Below, one piece after another: positions 27,067 to 36,980 of a stretch of DNA of 64,000 nt. Position 1 is the stretch's first letter; the number at the start of each line of letters is the position of its first letter. The notes under the pieces are model-generated. The model was not told where the DNA came from. It did no database searches and was given only the letters and a program-made list of their open reading frames with translations. Origin of the DNA: Ignavibacteriaceae bacterium (GTDB lineage: Bacteria > Bacteroidota > Ignavibacteria > Ignavibacteriales > Ignavibacteriaceae); contig DATFMR010000098.1 in assembly GCA_035266865.1 (NCBI GenBank), forward strand, positions 3,952-67,951, in the 5' to 3' direction. Position numbers and translations under genes: made by a program.

Positions 27067-28002
27067 ATGAGTCTATTTAAAAATCTTAATTTTGAAAAGT
27101 TAAAAGAAGGTCTTCAGAAGACTAGAAATAAAATAGTTAATGGCATTAACGAAGCTGTTATTGGCAATGCTGCTATTGATGAGAAAACACTTGAAGAAAT
27201 TGAAGAAATATTGATCAGTTCTGATATTGGCTTTGAAATAGCTGAAAAAATAATTGAAGATGCCAGGTTTGCTTTCAATCTGGAAAAGGATCGTTCTCAA
27301 ACTCAGTTGATCGAAACAATAAAGAACGAACTAACAAATGTACTTTCGCAATCAAATGAAAATGGTTTGGGAAAAATTGGAATTAAGAAACCCTTTGTAA
27401 TATTGATTGTAGGAGTGAACGGAACTGGAAAGACAACAACTATTGGAAAACTAGCACACAATTTTAAGAAATCAGGGCTCAATGTTGTTGTAGGCGCAGC
27501 AGATACATTCAGGGCCGCTGCGAATGAACAACTCGATATCTGGGCAAAGCGCGCTGGAGTAAAAATAGTTCAAAAAAAGCATGGCGCAGATCCTTCTGCT
27601 GTTGCATTTGAAACAGTTTCTCAAGCGATAAAAGGGAGTTATGATGTAGCATTGATTGATACAGCAGGACGACTTCACAATAAAGCACACTTAATGGAGG
27701 AACTAGGAAAATTAAAAAGGGCGATTAATAAAGTGCTCCCTGATGCTCCCGATGAAACATTTTTAGTAGTTGATGGTACTACCGGTCAGAATGCACTGGT
27801 TCAGGCAGAAGAATTTTCCAAAGTTACAGATATTTCCGGTCTCATCGTCACAAAGCTGGATGGGACTGCTAAAGGCGGGGTTATATTTCAAATTTATTCA
27901 AAAAATAAAATTCCTGTAAGATATATTGGAGTTGGCGAAGAAATTGATGATTTACAGACCTTCGATCCCAAATTGTTCATTTCTGCAATATTTGATAATT
28001 AA
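27067..28002 (+). CDS. ftsY: signal recognition particle receptor FtsY
   Basis: NG domain with GVNGTGKTTT, DTAGR and TKLDGTAKGG. Confidence 0.95.
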   Translation: MSLFKNLNFEKLKEGLQKTRNKIVNGINEAVIGNAAIDEKTLEEIEEILISSDIGFEIAEKIIEDARFAFNLEKDRSQTQLIETIKNELTNVLSQSNENGLGKIGIKKPFVILIVGVNGTGKTTTIGKLAHNFKKSGLNVVVGAADTFRAAANEQLDIWAKRAGVKIVQKKHGADPSAVAFETVSQAIKGSYDVALIDTAGRLHNKAHLMEELGKLKRAINKVLPDAPDETFLVVDGTTGQNALVQAEEFSKVTDISGLIVTKLDGTAKGGVIFQIYSKNKIPVRYIGVGEEIDDLQTFDPKLFISAIFDN

Positions 28003-28014
28003 GGAGTAACAATT

Positions 28015-28221
28015 ATGTTTATGAAGAAACCTGTTCATAGAATATTTGATTATCCTCCTCGATTTTATAAACCTGAAGATGACCAATCTGAAAAAAGAAA
28101 AAGAAAACTCGGGTTTAGCAGAAAGATTAAATCCATTAGGAAAAAGAGAAGTCCATTAATATGGATAACAATTTTGATCCTGGTTATACTTGCATATCTT
28201 AAATTGAGTGGTGTTGGATAG
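28015..28221 (+). CDS. small basic membrane protein, hypothetical
   Basis: 68-aa ORF with a K/R-rich centre and one C-terminal TM helix. Confidence 0.4.
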   Translation: MFMKKPVHRIFDYPPRFYKPEDDQSEKRKRKLGFSRKIKSIRKKRSPLIWITILILVILAYLKLSGVG

Positions 28222-28339
28222 AGTAGATATTAGTTTACATAATATACATTATCGGACTAATATATGTGCATAAATAGTTATACAATTGATATTTAAAGGT
28301 TAGTTTGATAATTACTCTTAGATTTATTACCCGCCTGTT

Positions 28340-30160
28340 TTATCCTAACGCCAGATCATGTTCACTCTGTTGAATAAACAATTCATTCTGATACTTCTTA
28401 AGAATATTTTCTTTTGAAACTATTCCAAGATATTTTCCACTACTTTTATCAAGAACGGGAAGAAATTCAAGATCCGTCTTTTCAAGGATTGAAAGTGCGT
28501 CCTCACTATTTTTGTCATTCGTAACAGACTTTATATTACGTACCATAAGATCACCAGCTACAAGGAAATACAGTATATTTCTTGTTTCGTCGTCCAGAAT
28601 AGCTTCACGAATATCCTGGAAAGATATCTGCCCGATAATTATATTATCCTTATTAGTAACCATTAAATTATTAAATCTTGAATTTTTAACTGCTCCAAGA
28701 AGCTTCTGGAACGGAATGTCTTCAGTAACAACATCTTCAGACTTTTCGATCAAGTTAATTATAGGAATATTCTTCAATACTGATGACTTTCTACCATAAA
28801 TATCAATTCCTTTACCTTCACGATCAAATTTTAGAGTATAAAGAGATCCCTTAAGTATAGCCTTGGAAATTGTTGTAGATATAATAATTGTAAGCATTAA
28901 TGGAAGTATAATCTTATAATTATTGGTCATTTCAAAAACCATAATTAATGCTGTTAAACTTGCGTGCGTGGTACCAGCAACTACAGCTCCCATTCCCACC
29001 AGAGCATATGCTCCGGGAGGAGCAGCAATTTCAGGGAAAAGATAATTTACCAGCACACCGAATGCTCCGCCTAACATTGCTCCGGTAAATATGCTTGGAG
29101 AGAAAGTACCGCCGTTTCCGCCTGAACCAATTGTAAATCCCGTGGCAAGTGGTTTTAGAAATATCAAAAGAAACATAATTAAAAATGATGCCTGATGATG
29201 AAGTGCCATATCAATTGAAGATGATCCAAATCCGTAAACACCCGGCAGATAAACGCCAATTATTCCAACTATTAGCCCACCTATTGCAGGCTTAAAATAA
29301 TCAGGGATTTTATTCAGCTTTTCAAAGACATCATCAATCTTAAGGAATGCTCTTACAAAATAAACTGCAGTAAACGCAGCTAGTAGACCAAGAATTAAAT
29401 AGAAAATAAATTCATAATTGCTGTTTAATTGATATTTAGGAATTGCGAAAGCAGGTTCTCCACCAAGGTAGTTCCTGGAAACAACCGTTCCAAATACTGA
29501 AGCAATTATTATCGGGCTGAATGATTTGGCATTAAAAGTTCTAAGGATGATTTCCATAGCAAATAACGCCCCGCCGAGTGGCGCATTATATGCAGCTGAT
29601 AATCCTGCGGCCGCCCCGCAGCCAACCAAAATTCTAAGTCTGTCCGGCGATAATGAAAGATATCTTCCAATATTTGATCCAATTGCTGAACCCATTTGTA
29701 CAATTGGTCCTTCCCTTCCGCCAGCTCCTCCTGTACCAATACTAATTGCTGAACCCAAAGTCTTTAAAAACCCGGTACTCCCTTTTATTATTCCACCCCT
29801 GGAAGCAACTGCATCTATTACGTTGGGGATTCCCTCCCCTTTTTTTGCACCAGCAAAATACTTTGCCATTATTCCAACCAGCAATCCACCAATTGCAGGA
29901 ATTAGAATGAGAATTACTGTGGAATACCAGGTATGGACATCAATAAATGTTTCAAGTCCAAAAAATCCTGCCGGCCTGTCAAAAAATGTGTCTTTTATAA
30001 AGTGAATGGCATCATGGAAAAGTACTGCACCAAATCCACAAAGAATACCTACTATGCTGCCGAGAAGCAGTAAGTAGGTATCCTGTGAGAAAGAAAATCT
30101 GGAAAATATCTGGTTAGTTTTTAATCTAACAAAACGAATAAATTTATTGAAATTGCTCAA
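28340..30160 (-). CDS. ClC-family chloride channel/antiporter with C-terminal CBS pair
   Basis: GEGIP and GGREGP selectivity motifs, multiple TM helices and C-terminal CBS-like repeats. Confidence 0.9.
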   Translation of the reverse strand: MSNFNKFIRFVRLKTNQIFSRFSFSQDTYLLLLGSIVGILCGFGAVLFHDAIHFIKDTFFDRPAGFFGLETFIDVHTWYSTVILILIPAIGGLLVGIMAKYFAGAKKGEGIPNVIDAVASRGGIIKGSTGFLKTLGSAISIGTGGAGGREGPIVQMGSAIGSNIGRYLSLSPDRLRILVGCGAAAGLSAAYNAPLGGALFAMEIILRTFNAKSFSPIIIASVFGTVVSRNYLGGEPAFAIPKYQLNSNYEFIFYLILGLLAAFTAVYFVRAFLKIDDVFEKLNKIPDYFKPAIGGLIVGIIGVYLPGVYGFGSSSIDMALHHQASFLIMFLLIFLKPLATGFTIGSGGNGGTFSPSIFTGAMLGGAFGVLVNYLFPEIAAPPGAYALVGMGAVVAGTTHASLTALIMVFEMTNNYKIILPLMLTIIISTTISKAILKGSLYTLKFDREGKGIDIYGRKSSVLKNIPIINLIEKSEDVVTEDIPFQKLLGAVKNSRFNNLMVTNKDNIIIGQISFQDIREAILDDETRNILYFLVAGDLMVRNIKSVTNDKNSEDALSILEKTDLEFLPVLDKSSGKYLGIVSKENILKKYQNELFIQQSEHDLALG

Positions 30161-30175
30161 ATATTGTTCTTAATA

Positions 30176-31030
30176 TTATTTTTCGTACTTAAAGAATCCT
30201 TCACCTGTTTTTCTACCAAGTTTTTTTGCCGCAACCATTTTTTTCAACAAAGGACAAGGTCTGTATTTTGAATCGTTATACCCTGTATAAAGCACATCCA
30301 TTATAGAAAGGCATACATCAAGCCCGATAAAATCTGCTAATGTTAATGGGCCCATTGGGTGGTTCATGCCAAGCTTCATAACAGTATCAATATCTTCTGC
30401 GGAAGCAACTCCTTCAAAAAGAGCAAAGATTGCTTCATTAATCATTGGCATTAAAATCCTGTTTGAAATGAAACCAGGGTAATCAAATACTTCTACAGGT
30501 GTTTTTCCTAATTTTTCAGAAAGACTTTTAATTGCACTGTATGTATCATCCGATGTACTATAACCACGAATTATCTCTACAAGTTTCATTACCGGGACAG
30601 GATTCATAAAATGCATACCAATTAACCTGTCAGCTCTACAAACTGTCGATAACTCAGTTATAGAAATTGACGAAGTGTTTGAAGCGAATAATGAATCTTT
30701 TTTAACAATTCCTTCCAATGTTTTGAAGATATTAAGTTTTGCTTCTTTGTTTTCATAAATGGCTTCAATAACCAGGTCTGAATCGGCTGGAGTGTTTTCC
30801 ACTCCAACAACTTTATTTATTCTCTTTAAAGTATCCGTTTTATCAACTGCACTTATTTTTTCTTTTTTAACCTGCCTGTCAAGATTTTTATCAATCGTGT
30901 TTAATGCTTTATCAGCTAATTCTGGATTCATTTCTATAATATTCACATTAAATCCATTAAGGGCGAATACGTGAACTATTCCATTACCCATTGTTCCACC
31001 ACCAATAACAGAGACTTTTTTGATTTCCAT
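30176..31030 (-). CDS. hbd: 3-hydroxybutyryl-CoA / 3-hydroxyacyl-CoA dehydrogenase
   Basis: N-terminal Rossmann VIGGGTMGNGI. 284 aa, with family-typical C-terminal helices. Confidence 0.9.
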   Translation of the reverse strand: MEIKKVSVIGGGTMGNGIVHVFALNGFNVNIIEMNPELADKALNTIDKNLDRQVKKEKISAVDKTDTLKRINKVVGVENTPADSDLVIEAIYENKEAKLNIFKTLEGIVKKDSLFASNTSSISITELSTVCRADRLIGMHFMNPVPVMKLVEIIRGYSTSDDTYSAIKSLSEKLGKTPVEVFDYPGFISNRILMPMINEAIFALFEGVASAEDIDTVMKLGMNHPMGPLTLADFIGLDVCLSIMDVLYTGYNDSKYRPCPLLKKMVAAKKLGRKTGEGFFKYEK

Positions 31031-31044
31031 TTTTACCCCCTGAA

Positions 31045-32226
31045 TTAATTATTATAATTCTTAACTATTAAGGCAGAAGCTTCTCCACCCCCAATACAAA
31101 GTGACGCCAGTCCGTATTTAGATTTTCTCTTTATCATTTCGTGAATAAGAGTTGTTAAAATTCTTGCTCCACTTGCACCAATTGGATGTCCTAAAGCTAC
31201 AGCTCCACCGTTAACATTTACATTGGCACCATCAAGTCCTAATATCTTATTTACTGCTAAAGAGACAACAGCAAATGCTTCATTTATTTCAAAAAGATCT
31301 ATATCCTTAATATTCAAACTCGCTTTTTTCAATACTTTATTTATAGCATCTGCAGGAGCTGTAGTAAATTCAATTGGAGCTTTTGCCGCTGAACTTTGTG
31401 CAACAATTTCTACAAGAGGTTTAAGTCCTAATTCTTTTGCTTTATCTTCGCTCATTACTAAAAGTGCAGCCGCTCCGTCGTTAATTGAAGACGCATTTGC
31501 CGCCGTGACAACTCCATTTTTATCAAAAACAGGACGAAGACCGGTAATTTTTTCAAAACTAACTCTGGATGGCTCTTCATCTGTATCGACTATGACTTCT
31601 CCTTTTCTGCTCTTTACAGAAACATTGACTATTTCGTCCCTAAATATTCCATCTTTGGTTGCCTCGAGCGCTTTCTTATAAGAATTAATTGCAAATTCAT
31701 CCAATTCTTCCCTGCTGAATTTGAAATCCTTTGCGCAGGCTTCAGCACAATTGCCCATATGAATATCATTATAAACGTCCCAAAGACCATCTTTGACCAT
31801 TGAATCCTCAACAACCCCATTACCTAATCTATAGCCGCTCCGTGCGTTAGGAAGCAAATATGGAGCATTTGTCATACTTTCCTGCCCACCTGCAACGATT
31901 ATGTCAGCATCACCACATAAAATGGCCTGATGGGCAAGCATTACGGCTTTCAGTCCGCTTCCGCACATTTTGTTTAAGGTAAAGCATTCTGTTTTTTCAG
32001 GTAAACCTGCAAAAATTGCACTTTGCCTGGCCGGTGCCTGTCCCTGTCCGGCTGTTAAAACATTTCCAAAAATAACTTCGTCAATAAGGTTTTTATCTAT
32101 GTTTGAATCATCAAGTACTGATTTAATTGCAAAACTGCCTAATTGTCCTGCACTAAATGAAGAAAGACTACCGCTCAAAGAGCCTATAGGTGTCCTTTTA
32201 GCATTAGTAATTACAATTTTTTTCAT
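31045..32226 (-). CDS. acetyl-CoA C-acetyltransferase (thiolase II)
   Basis: Active-site NKMCGSGLKA and the C-terminal GLASLCIGGGE thiolase signature. Confidence 0.95.
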   Translation of the reverse strand: MKKIVITNAKRTPIGSLSGSLSSFSAGQLGSFAIKSVLDDSNIDKNLIDEVIFGNVLTAGQGQAPARQSAIFAGLPEKTECFTLNKMCGSGLKAVMLAHQAILCGDADIIVAGGQESMTNAPYLLPNARSGYRLGNGVVEDSMVKDGLWDVYNDIHMGNCAEACAKDFKFSREELDEFAINSYKKALEATKDGIFRDEIVNVSVKSRKGEVIVDTDEEPSRVSFEKITGLRPVFDKNGVVTAANASSINDGAAALLVMSEDKAKELGLKPLVEIVAQSSAAKAPIEFTTAPADAINKVLKKASLNIKDIDLFEINEAFAVVSLAVNKILGLDGANVNVNGGAVALGHPIGASGARILTTLIHEMIKRKSKYGLASLCIGGGEASALIVKNYNN

Positions 32227-32359
32227 TATTAATACCTCAATTTTTAATTAAATTCTATTTTGTAATCCTTTGAATACAAAATTAAAGAAATTAGACCTAA
32301 AAAACTTTTGTTATCCTTTAAATTCTCAACAGGGGAAAAATCAGTATTATTTCTGGCTA

Positions 32360-33502
32360 TTAAACCAATGCCCGATTTTTTTCCTTTTTAGGGATTGTCA
32401 GAGAAGCTAATTCAAAAATAATATTCAAAGCTATTAAGTTCGGATTTATATTATTTTTTAAAACTGATGCAAACCTATCAAGTTTGGATACAATATCATT
32501 TAATTTTAAATCCGGGAATCGTGTATTAAATTTTTCCAAGGTTTCAACATGTTTTTCGAAGAAGTATTTATCAGCTCTGAATCTAAATTTTTGAACATCT
32601 TTTAACCATGTTATTATCATTTGAATAACAATTCTAAGATTCTCTACAGCATTTTCTTCCAGTAATTTATTAATCTCCATTAAAGCTGAATGATATTTTC
32701 TTCCAAATGAATATCTAAGAATATATATAGTTTTATCAATTAATCTTTCAATATCCTGATCTAATAAGTTTAATGCAGAGGATAGAGAGCCTCCTGCAAA
32801 TGGCGCAACCTGACTCGCTTCATTTTTACTTATTTCGAATTTATTCACAAGTAATTTTACTAGTTCACTTTCCTTCAAAGGTTGAAACGGAATAGACCAA
32901 CAGCGCGATCGGATAGTTTCTCTTAATAATCCTGGAAATGGTGTACAAAGTATAAATATTATGCCTTCCGGCGGTTCCTCAAGATTTTTTAGAAGTGCAT
33001 TTTGAGCTTCCTCATTCATTAAATGAGCATCGGAAAGAATCACAACCCTATATTTTACATCACTAAAATTAAAAGATAAATATTTTTTAATATCGCGGAT
33101 ACTGCTAATTTTAATTTGTGTGGCTTTTGGAACTCTTATTTTGTAATAAGGATTTTGAATTTTCTTTGCAAGTTCTTCATGATATAATTCATTTTCTTCT
33201 GCAGATAATTTCTCGAAAGGACCGCTTGTATCGGTTTCACTTTTACCACGAGGTAGTGGTGTAATATATTTTATATAGGGCTCAGAAAATGTAGCAATTT
33301 GCTTCGAAATTTTTTCACTTTCTTCCGGAGTAATTAAACAATTATTTAAATTTTGAGCAAATTTTATAGCAGTATATTCTTTGCCTATACCATTAGCTCC
33401 ATAAAAAAGGAAGGCATGGGGAATTGAAGAATTTTTAATTAATCTTTCAAGAATATTCTTGACAGACTCCTGTCCATAAATTCCATTCCAGTCTATATTC
33501 AT
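32360..33502 (-). CDS. holB: DNA polymerase III delta-prime subunit
   Basis: AAA+-like HAFLFYGANGIGK, followed by NALLKNLEEPP and SRC motifs. Confidence 0.8.
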   Translation of the reverse strand: MNIDWNGIYGQESVKNILERLIKNSSIPHAFLFYGANGIGKEYTAIKFAQNLNNCLITPEESEKISKQIATFSEPYIKYITPLPRGKSETDTSGPFEKLSAEENELYHEELAKKIQNPYYKIRVPKATQIKISSIRDIKKYLSFNFSDVKYRVVILSDAHLMNEEAQNALLKNLEEPPEGIIFILCTPFPGLLRETIRSRCWSIPFQPLKESELVKLLVNKFEISKNEASQVAPFAGGSLSSALNLLDQDIERLIDKTIYILRYSFGRKYHSALMEINKLLEENAVENLRIVIQMIITWLKDVQKFRFRADKYFFEKHVETLEKFNTRFPDLKLNDIVSKLDRFASVLKNNINPNLIALNIIFELASLTIPKKEKNRALV

Positions 33503-33507
33503 ATCAT

Positions 33508-33530
33508 AAAAAAAGCGCCAAACAGCGCTT
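33508..33530 (-). terminator. rho-independent terminator after the DUF2795 gene
   Basis: Minus strand reads AAGCGC-tgtttg-GCGCTT followed by TTTTTTT. It ends 5 nt before the holB ATG. Confidence 0.6.
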
Positions 33531-33537
33531 CAATAAA

Positions 33538-33756
33538 TTAGTCGTCAACGTTATAGAAGAAGTCCTCTTCAGAGGGATAATCCGGCCATATATCTTCAAT
33601 AGTTTCATAAGGCTCTTCATTATCCTCTAATTCGAGTAAATTTTCAATTACTTCGTATGGTGCACCAATTCTATCAGCATATTCAATCAACTCTTCCTTT
33701 GTAGCCGGCCATGGTGCATCGTCTAGATAGGATGCAAGCTCAACTGTCCAGATCAT
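33538..33756 (-). CDS. DUF2795-like small acidic protein
   Basis: 72 aa. WPATKEELIEYADRIGAPYEVIENL resembles DUF2795. Confidence 0.55.
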   Translation of the reverse strand: MIWTVELASYLDDAPWPATKEELIEYADRIGAPYEVIENLLELEDNEEPYETIEDIWPDYPSEEDFFYNVDD

Positions 33757-33773
33757 ATATTATCTCCGCAGAT

Positions 33774-34709
33774 TTATTCCTTTATATTCGAGTTAGTTGA
33801 ATCAAAAAAAGCCATATCATCAAAGAAAAATTCAAGTGGGTTTACTATCACCCCATTATGATGAACTTCATAATGTAAATGTGGGCCAGTTGCCAACCCG
33901 GAACTTCCAGATTTTGCAATAAGTTCTCCACGTTTAACGGTAGTACCTCTTTTTACTAATGTTTTTGAAAGATGTGCATAAATTGTTCTATAACCAAAAC
34001 CGTGATTTATTTCAACAACAAGTCCAAATCCGCCCCTGTAACCTACAAAATCAATTTTGCCATTACCTGTAGCATGAACCGGAGTTCCACGGTCAGCCAA
34101 AATATCTATTCCTTCGTGCATACGTCTAATACCTAATATAGGATGGAATCTCATTCCGAAATCGTGTTCAACTGTTCCACTGCATGGTTTTATAGCCGGC
34201 ATGCTTGCATAAAGATTTTTATTTTCTTTTAATTGATTTGTAATTTCATCGTATTGAGATTTTTCAAATTTAATTTTTCTGCTTACTTCATCAACAAAAG
34301 CCAACGCATCTTTCAATTTCAAAGAGGATCTATCATTCAGAAAATCAAGTGAAATATCAAACGATCCACCACCAATACCAACCGATTTTTCTTCATCAGA
34401 AACTGGTTCAAGATCGGCCGCTAGTCTCAGGTCCCTATCTCGCTTGCTAATGCTGTCAATCTGGTGATTAAGGGTTTCGTATTGAGATGAAATTTCGAGG
34501 AGTTTCCTTTTTAAAGCTTGGTTTTCATTCCGAAGCGACAAGATGCTACTCTCCGGATTTACAAGGGAATTAATTAGGAAATATGCCCCAAATATTATTG
34601 CGCTAAAGGTTAAAACTGCCAAGGAAAAGTATGAAACCAACTTTACCTTATAGTTCTTAATCTCTATAAACTGCAGTTTTGACTTGGAAAAGTAATATAA
34701 ATTTTTCAT
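33774..34709 (-). CDS. M23-family metallopeptidase (LytM-type)
   Basis: N-terminal TM helix, a coiled coil, and HEGIDI plus GPHLHYEV zinc motifs. Confidence 0.9.
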   Translation of the reverse strand: MKNLYYFSKSKLQFIEIKNYKVKLVSYFSLAVLTFSAIIFGAYFLINSLVNPESSILSLRNENQALKRKLLEISSQYETLNHQIDSISKRDRDLRLAADLEPVSDEEKSVGIGGGSFDISLDFLNDRSSLKLKDALAFVDEVSRKIKFEKSQYDEITNQLKENKNLYASMPAIKPCSGTVEHDFGMRFHPILGIRRMHEGIDILADRGTPVHATGNGKIDFVGYRGGFGLVVEINHGFGYRTIYAHLSKTLVKRGTTVKRGELIAKSGSSGLATGPHLHYEVHHNGVIVNPLEFFFDDMAFFDSTNSNIKE

Positions 34710-34756
34710 AAACGAAGTGAGAATGTAAAAAAATAGAGTTTATTTGTCAAGGATTA

Positions 34757-35770
34757 TTATTCAAAATCGTGTTCAAAATAGTCTACACCACGAATATCGC
34801 TATTTTCCTTCCTTAAAAGTTTGCTTGTAAGCCTTTTTTCAAAGAATTTAGCAGAATCGTATCCATAATGCTTTAATAAATAATTCAGGCTAATAACCTC
34901 AGAAATAACAGTTATATTTTTACCAGGAATGATTGGTAGTTTAATGTAGGGAATCTCAACATTTGAAATCGTAACAGTGCTTTCATCCAAACCAGTTCGG
35001 GTATATTCGGCTTTTTCATTCCAAATTTCAAGCTCAACAACAATTTCCAGCCTCTTTTGATGTCTGATTGCCCTTATACCGAACATTTTTTCTACATTAA
35101 TTAAACCAAGACCTCTAATTTCCATAAAATGCTTAACGAGGTTGGTTCCCGAGCCCATTAAAATTCCTTCACCCTTTTTGGTTAAAATAATTACATCATC
35201 TGCCACCAGCCTGTGTCCCCTTTCAACCAAATCAAGAGCAACTTCACTTTTCCCAATTCCCGACTTTCCTACGAATAAAATTCCAACTCCGTAAACATCC
35301 ACAAATGAGCCGTGAATTGAAATCCTTTCAGCAAATTGATCGTCCAGAAAATCACTTAAAAAGTAAACGGTTTTGGTTGTAGGATATGGTGATCCAAAAA
35401 TGGAAATTTTGTGCTTATTAGCCAACTCAAGCAAAATAGGCATTGGTTGATTTTTATCTGTAATTACAATGCAGGGTATTTCAAAATTAAATAATCGCTC
35501 AAGAGTTTCCTTCTGTTTATTGTCAGACAATTGGCTAAGGTATTGCATTTCGGTATTACCAAAAATTTGGACACGATTAAACGAAAATAAATCCACAAAC
35601 CCCGCCAAAGCAAGGCCGGGTCTGTGAAGGTTTTGGTCCACAATTTTATTCTCAAATCCGGATCGATTTGAAAACAATTTTATTTTAAATGTATCCTTTG
35701 TAGCTTTATAAAAGAACTCAATTGAAATTTTATCTTTCTTTGTTATTGCTTTATGATCGATCTTAATCAT
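34757..35770 (-). CDS. hprK: HPr kinase/phosphorylase
   Basis: Walker A GKSGIGKSEVALDLVERGHRLVADD and the HprK C-terminal signature. Confidence 0.9.
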   Translation of the reverse strand: MIKIDHKAITKKDKISIEFFYKATKDTFKIKLFSNRSGFENKIVDQNLHRPGLALAGFVDLFSFNRVQIFGNTEMQYLSQLSDNKQKETLERLFNFEIPCIVITDKNQPMPILLELANKHKISIFGSPYPTTKTVYFLSDFLDDQFAERISIHGSFVDVYGVGILFVGKSGIGKSEVALDLVERGHRLVADDVIILTKKGEGILMGSGTNLVKHFMEIRGLGLINVEKMFGIRAIRHQKRLEIVVELEIWNEKAEYTRTGLDESTVTISNVEIPYIKLPIIPGKNITVISEVISLNYLLKHYGYDSAKFFEKRLTSKLLRKENSDIRGVDYFEHDFE

Positions 35771-36073
35771 TTAATGTTTCTTCGATATTCTTTTTGTTTT
35801 TAATTTTTTTAACTGTCTTGATATCTTTTCAACAGATGCATTAACAGATTTTACAAAATCTTCAGTTTGTTCCTTTGCAGTTAAAGTTTGTCCCGGAACT
35901 TGCAAAATGATTTCTGCAATTTTAAGACTATCCTTTGGATTTTGATAACTTAATATAACATCTGCATTTAGAATATCATCATTAAATTTTCTCAAAGAAT
36001 TTATCTGGCCTTCTATGTGTTCTTTTAATGTACTGTGTGCTTTGAATTTCCTGGCTGTTATTGAAATATTCAT
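35771..36073 (-). CDS. hpf: ribosome hibernation promoting factor (short HPF/RaiA)
   Basis: 100 aa starting MNISITARKF..., S30AE family-like. Adjacent to hprK. Confidence 0.8.
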   Translation of the reverse strand: MNISITARKFKAHSTLKEHIEGQINSLRKFNDDILNADVILSYQNPKDSLKIAEIILQVPGQTLTAKEQTEDFVKSVNASVEKISRQLKKLKTKRISKKH

Positions 36074-36089
36074 AGGTCCTCCGGTTAAA

Positions 36090-36977
36090 TTAAGATTTTG
36101 GATGAGCCTTTTTATACGCTGATTTTAGCCGTTCCACACTAACATGTGTGTAGATTTGTGTAGTTGAGAGATTTTCGTGCCCAAGTATTTCTTTCACTGC
36201 ACGAAGATCGGCTCCGTTATCAAGCATATGTGTCGCTGCACTGTGCCTCAATATATGAGGGCTTTTCTTTTTTATATCCGTCACTTTTGATAAATATTTG
36301 TTAACAATTCTATGTACATACCGCGGATATATTCTTTTACCATTTCCATTAATTAATAAAGCTTCTTTACCTCCGCTTTTGGTTTTAATTAAAAGATATT
36401 CATTAATAATTTTAATTGATTTGTCACCAACAGGTACAATCCTTTCTTTATTCCCCTTTCCTCTTACTCTTAAAATTTTTTCTTTAAAATCCAGGCTTTG
36501 ATTATTAAGGCTACATAATTCTTCTACGCGCAATGCACAACCATAAAGTATTTCAATTATGGCTGTAATAAGTTTTGATTCATACTCATCATTTTCTTCT
36601 TTAGCAAGCTCATAAGTTTTCAGTATATCTTTTTCAGATACAATCTCCGGTAGTTTCCTTGCAGATTTTGGATTTGATATTCCGGATGCCGGGTTTACTT
36701 CGATATACTTATTCTGGAATGCAAATTTAAATAATCCTCTTAGTGCAGCAAGTTTTCGTGAAATTGAATTTTTACTAATTCCCTTTTCACTTAACATCAT
36801 TAGAAAAGATTTAATAAATCTTTCATTAATACTGGAAATGGAATTGCGGTCGTAAACAGAGCAATAAACTAAAAACTCTGTAAGATCAGTTTTATAAGAT
36901 TTAACAGTATTAGCAGAATATCTTTTAATGCTGCTCAAATCTTCAATATATTTTGAAAAGATTAAATTTATATCCAT
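36090..36977 (-). CDS. tyrosine recombinase, XerC/XerD family
   Basis: Catalytic signature ARVEEL...HILRHSAATH...LGHENLSTTQIYTHV. Confidence 0.85.
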   Translation of the reverse strand: MDINLIFSKYIEDLSSIKRYSANTVKSYKTDLTEFLVYCSVYDRNSISSINERFIKSFLMMLSEKGISKNSISRKLAALRGLFKFAFQNKYIEVNPASGISNPKSARKLPEIVSEKDILKTYELAKEENDEYESKLITAIIEILYGCALRVEELCSLNNQSLDFKEKILRVRGKGNKERIVPVGDKSIKIINEYLLIKTKSGGKEALLINGNGKRIYPRYVHRIVNKYLSKVTDIKKKSPHILRHSAATHMLDNGADLRAVKEILGHENLSTTQIYTHVSVERLKSAYKKAHPKS

Positions 36978-36980
36978 TAA

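Noticed and set aside
29526-30005. Long antisense ORFs, for example 29526-30005, 31223-31681, 20735-21268, 595-957, 2814-3050, 60082-60414 and 49292-49627.
   Set aside because: Each lies entirely opposite a gene with strong family motifs and has the low-complexity composition typical of shadow ORFs.
32227-32245. TATTAATAC adjacent to the thiolase start codon.
   Set aside because: This is only a 9-mer overlap with the palindrome core, without the flanking CTCCG or CTGATTC. It is likely chance in AT-rich DNA.
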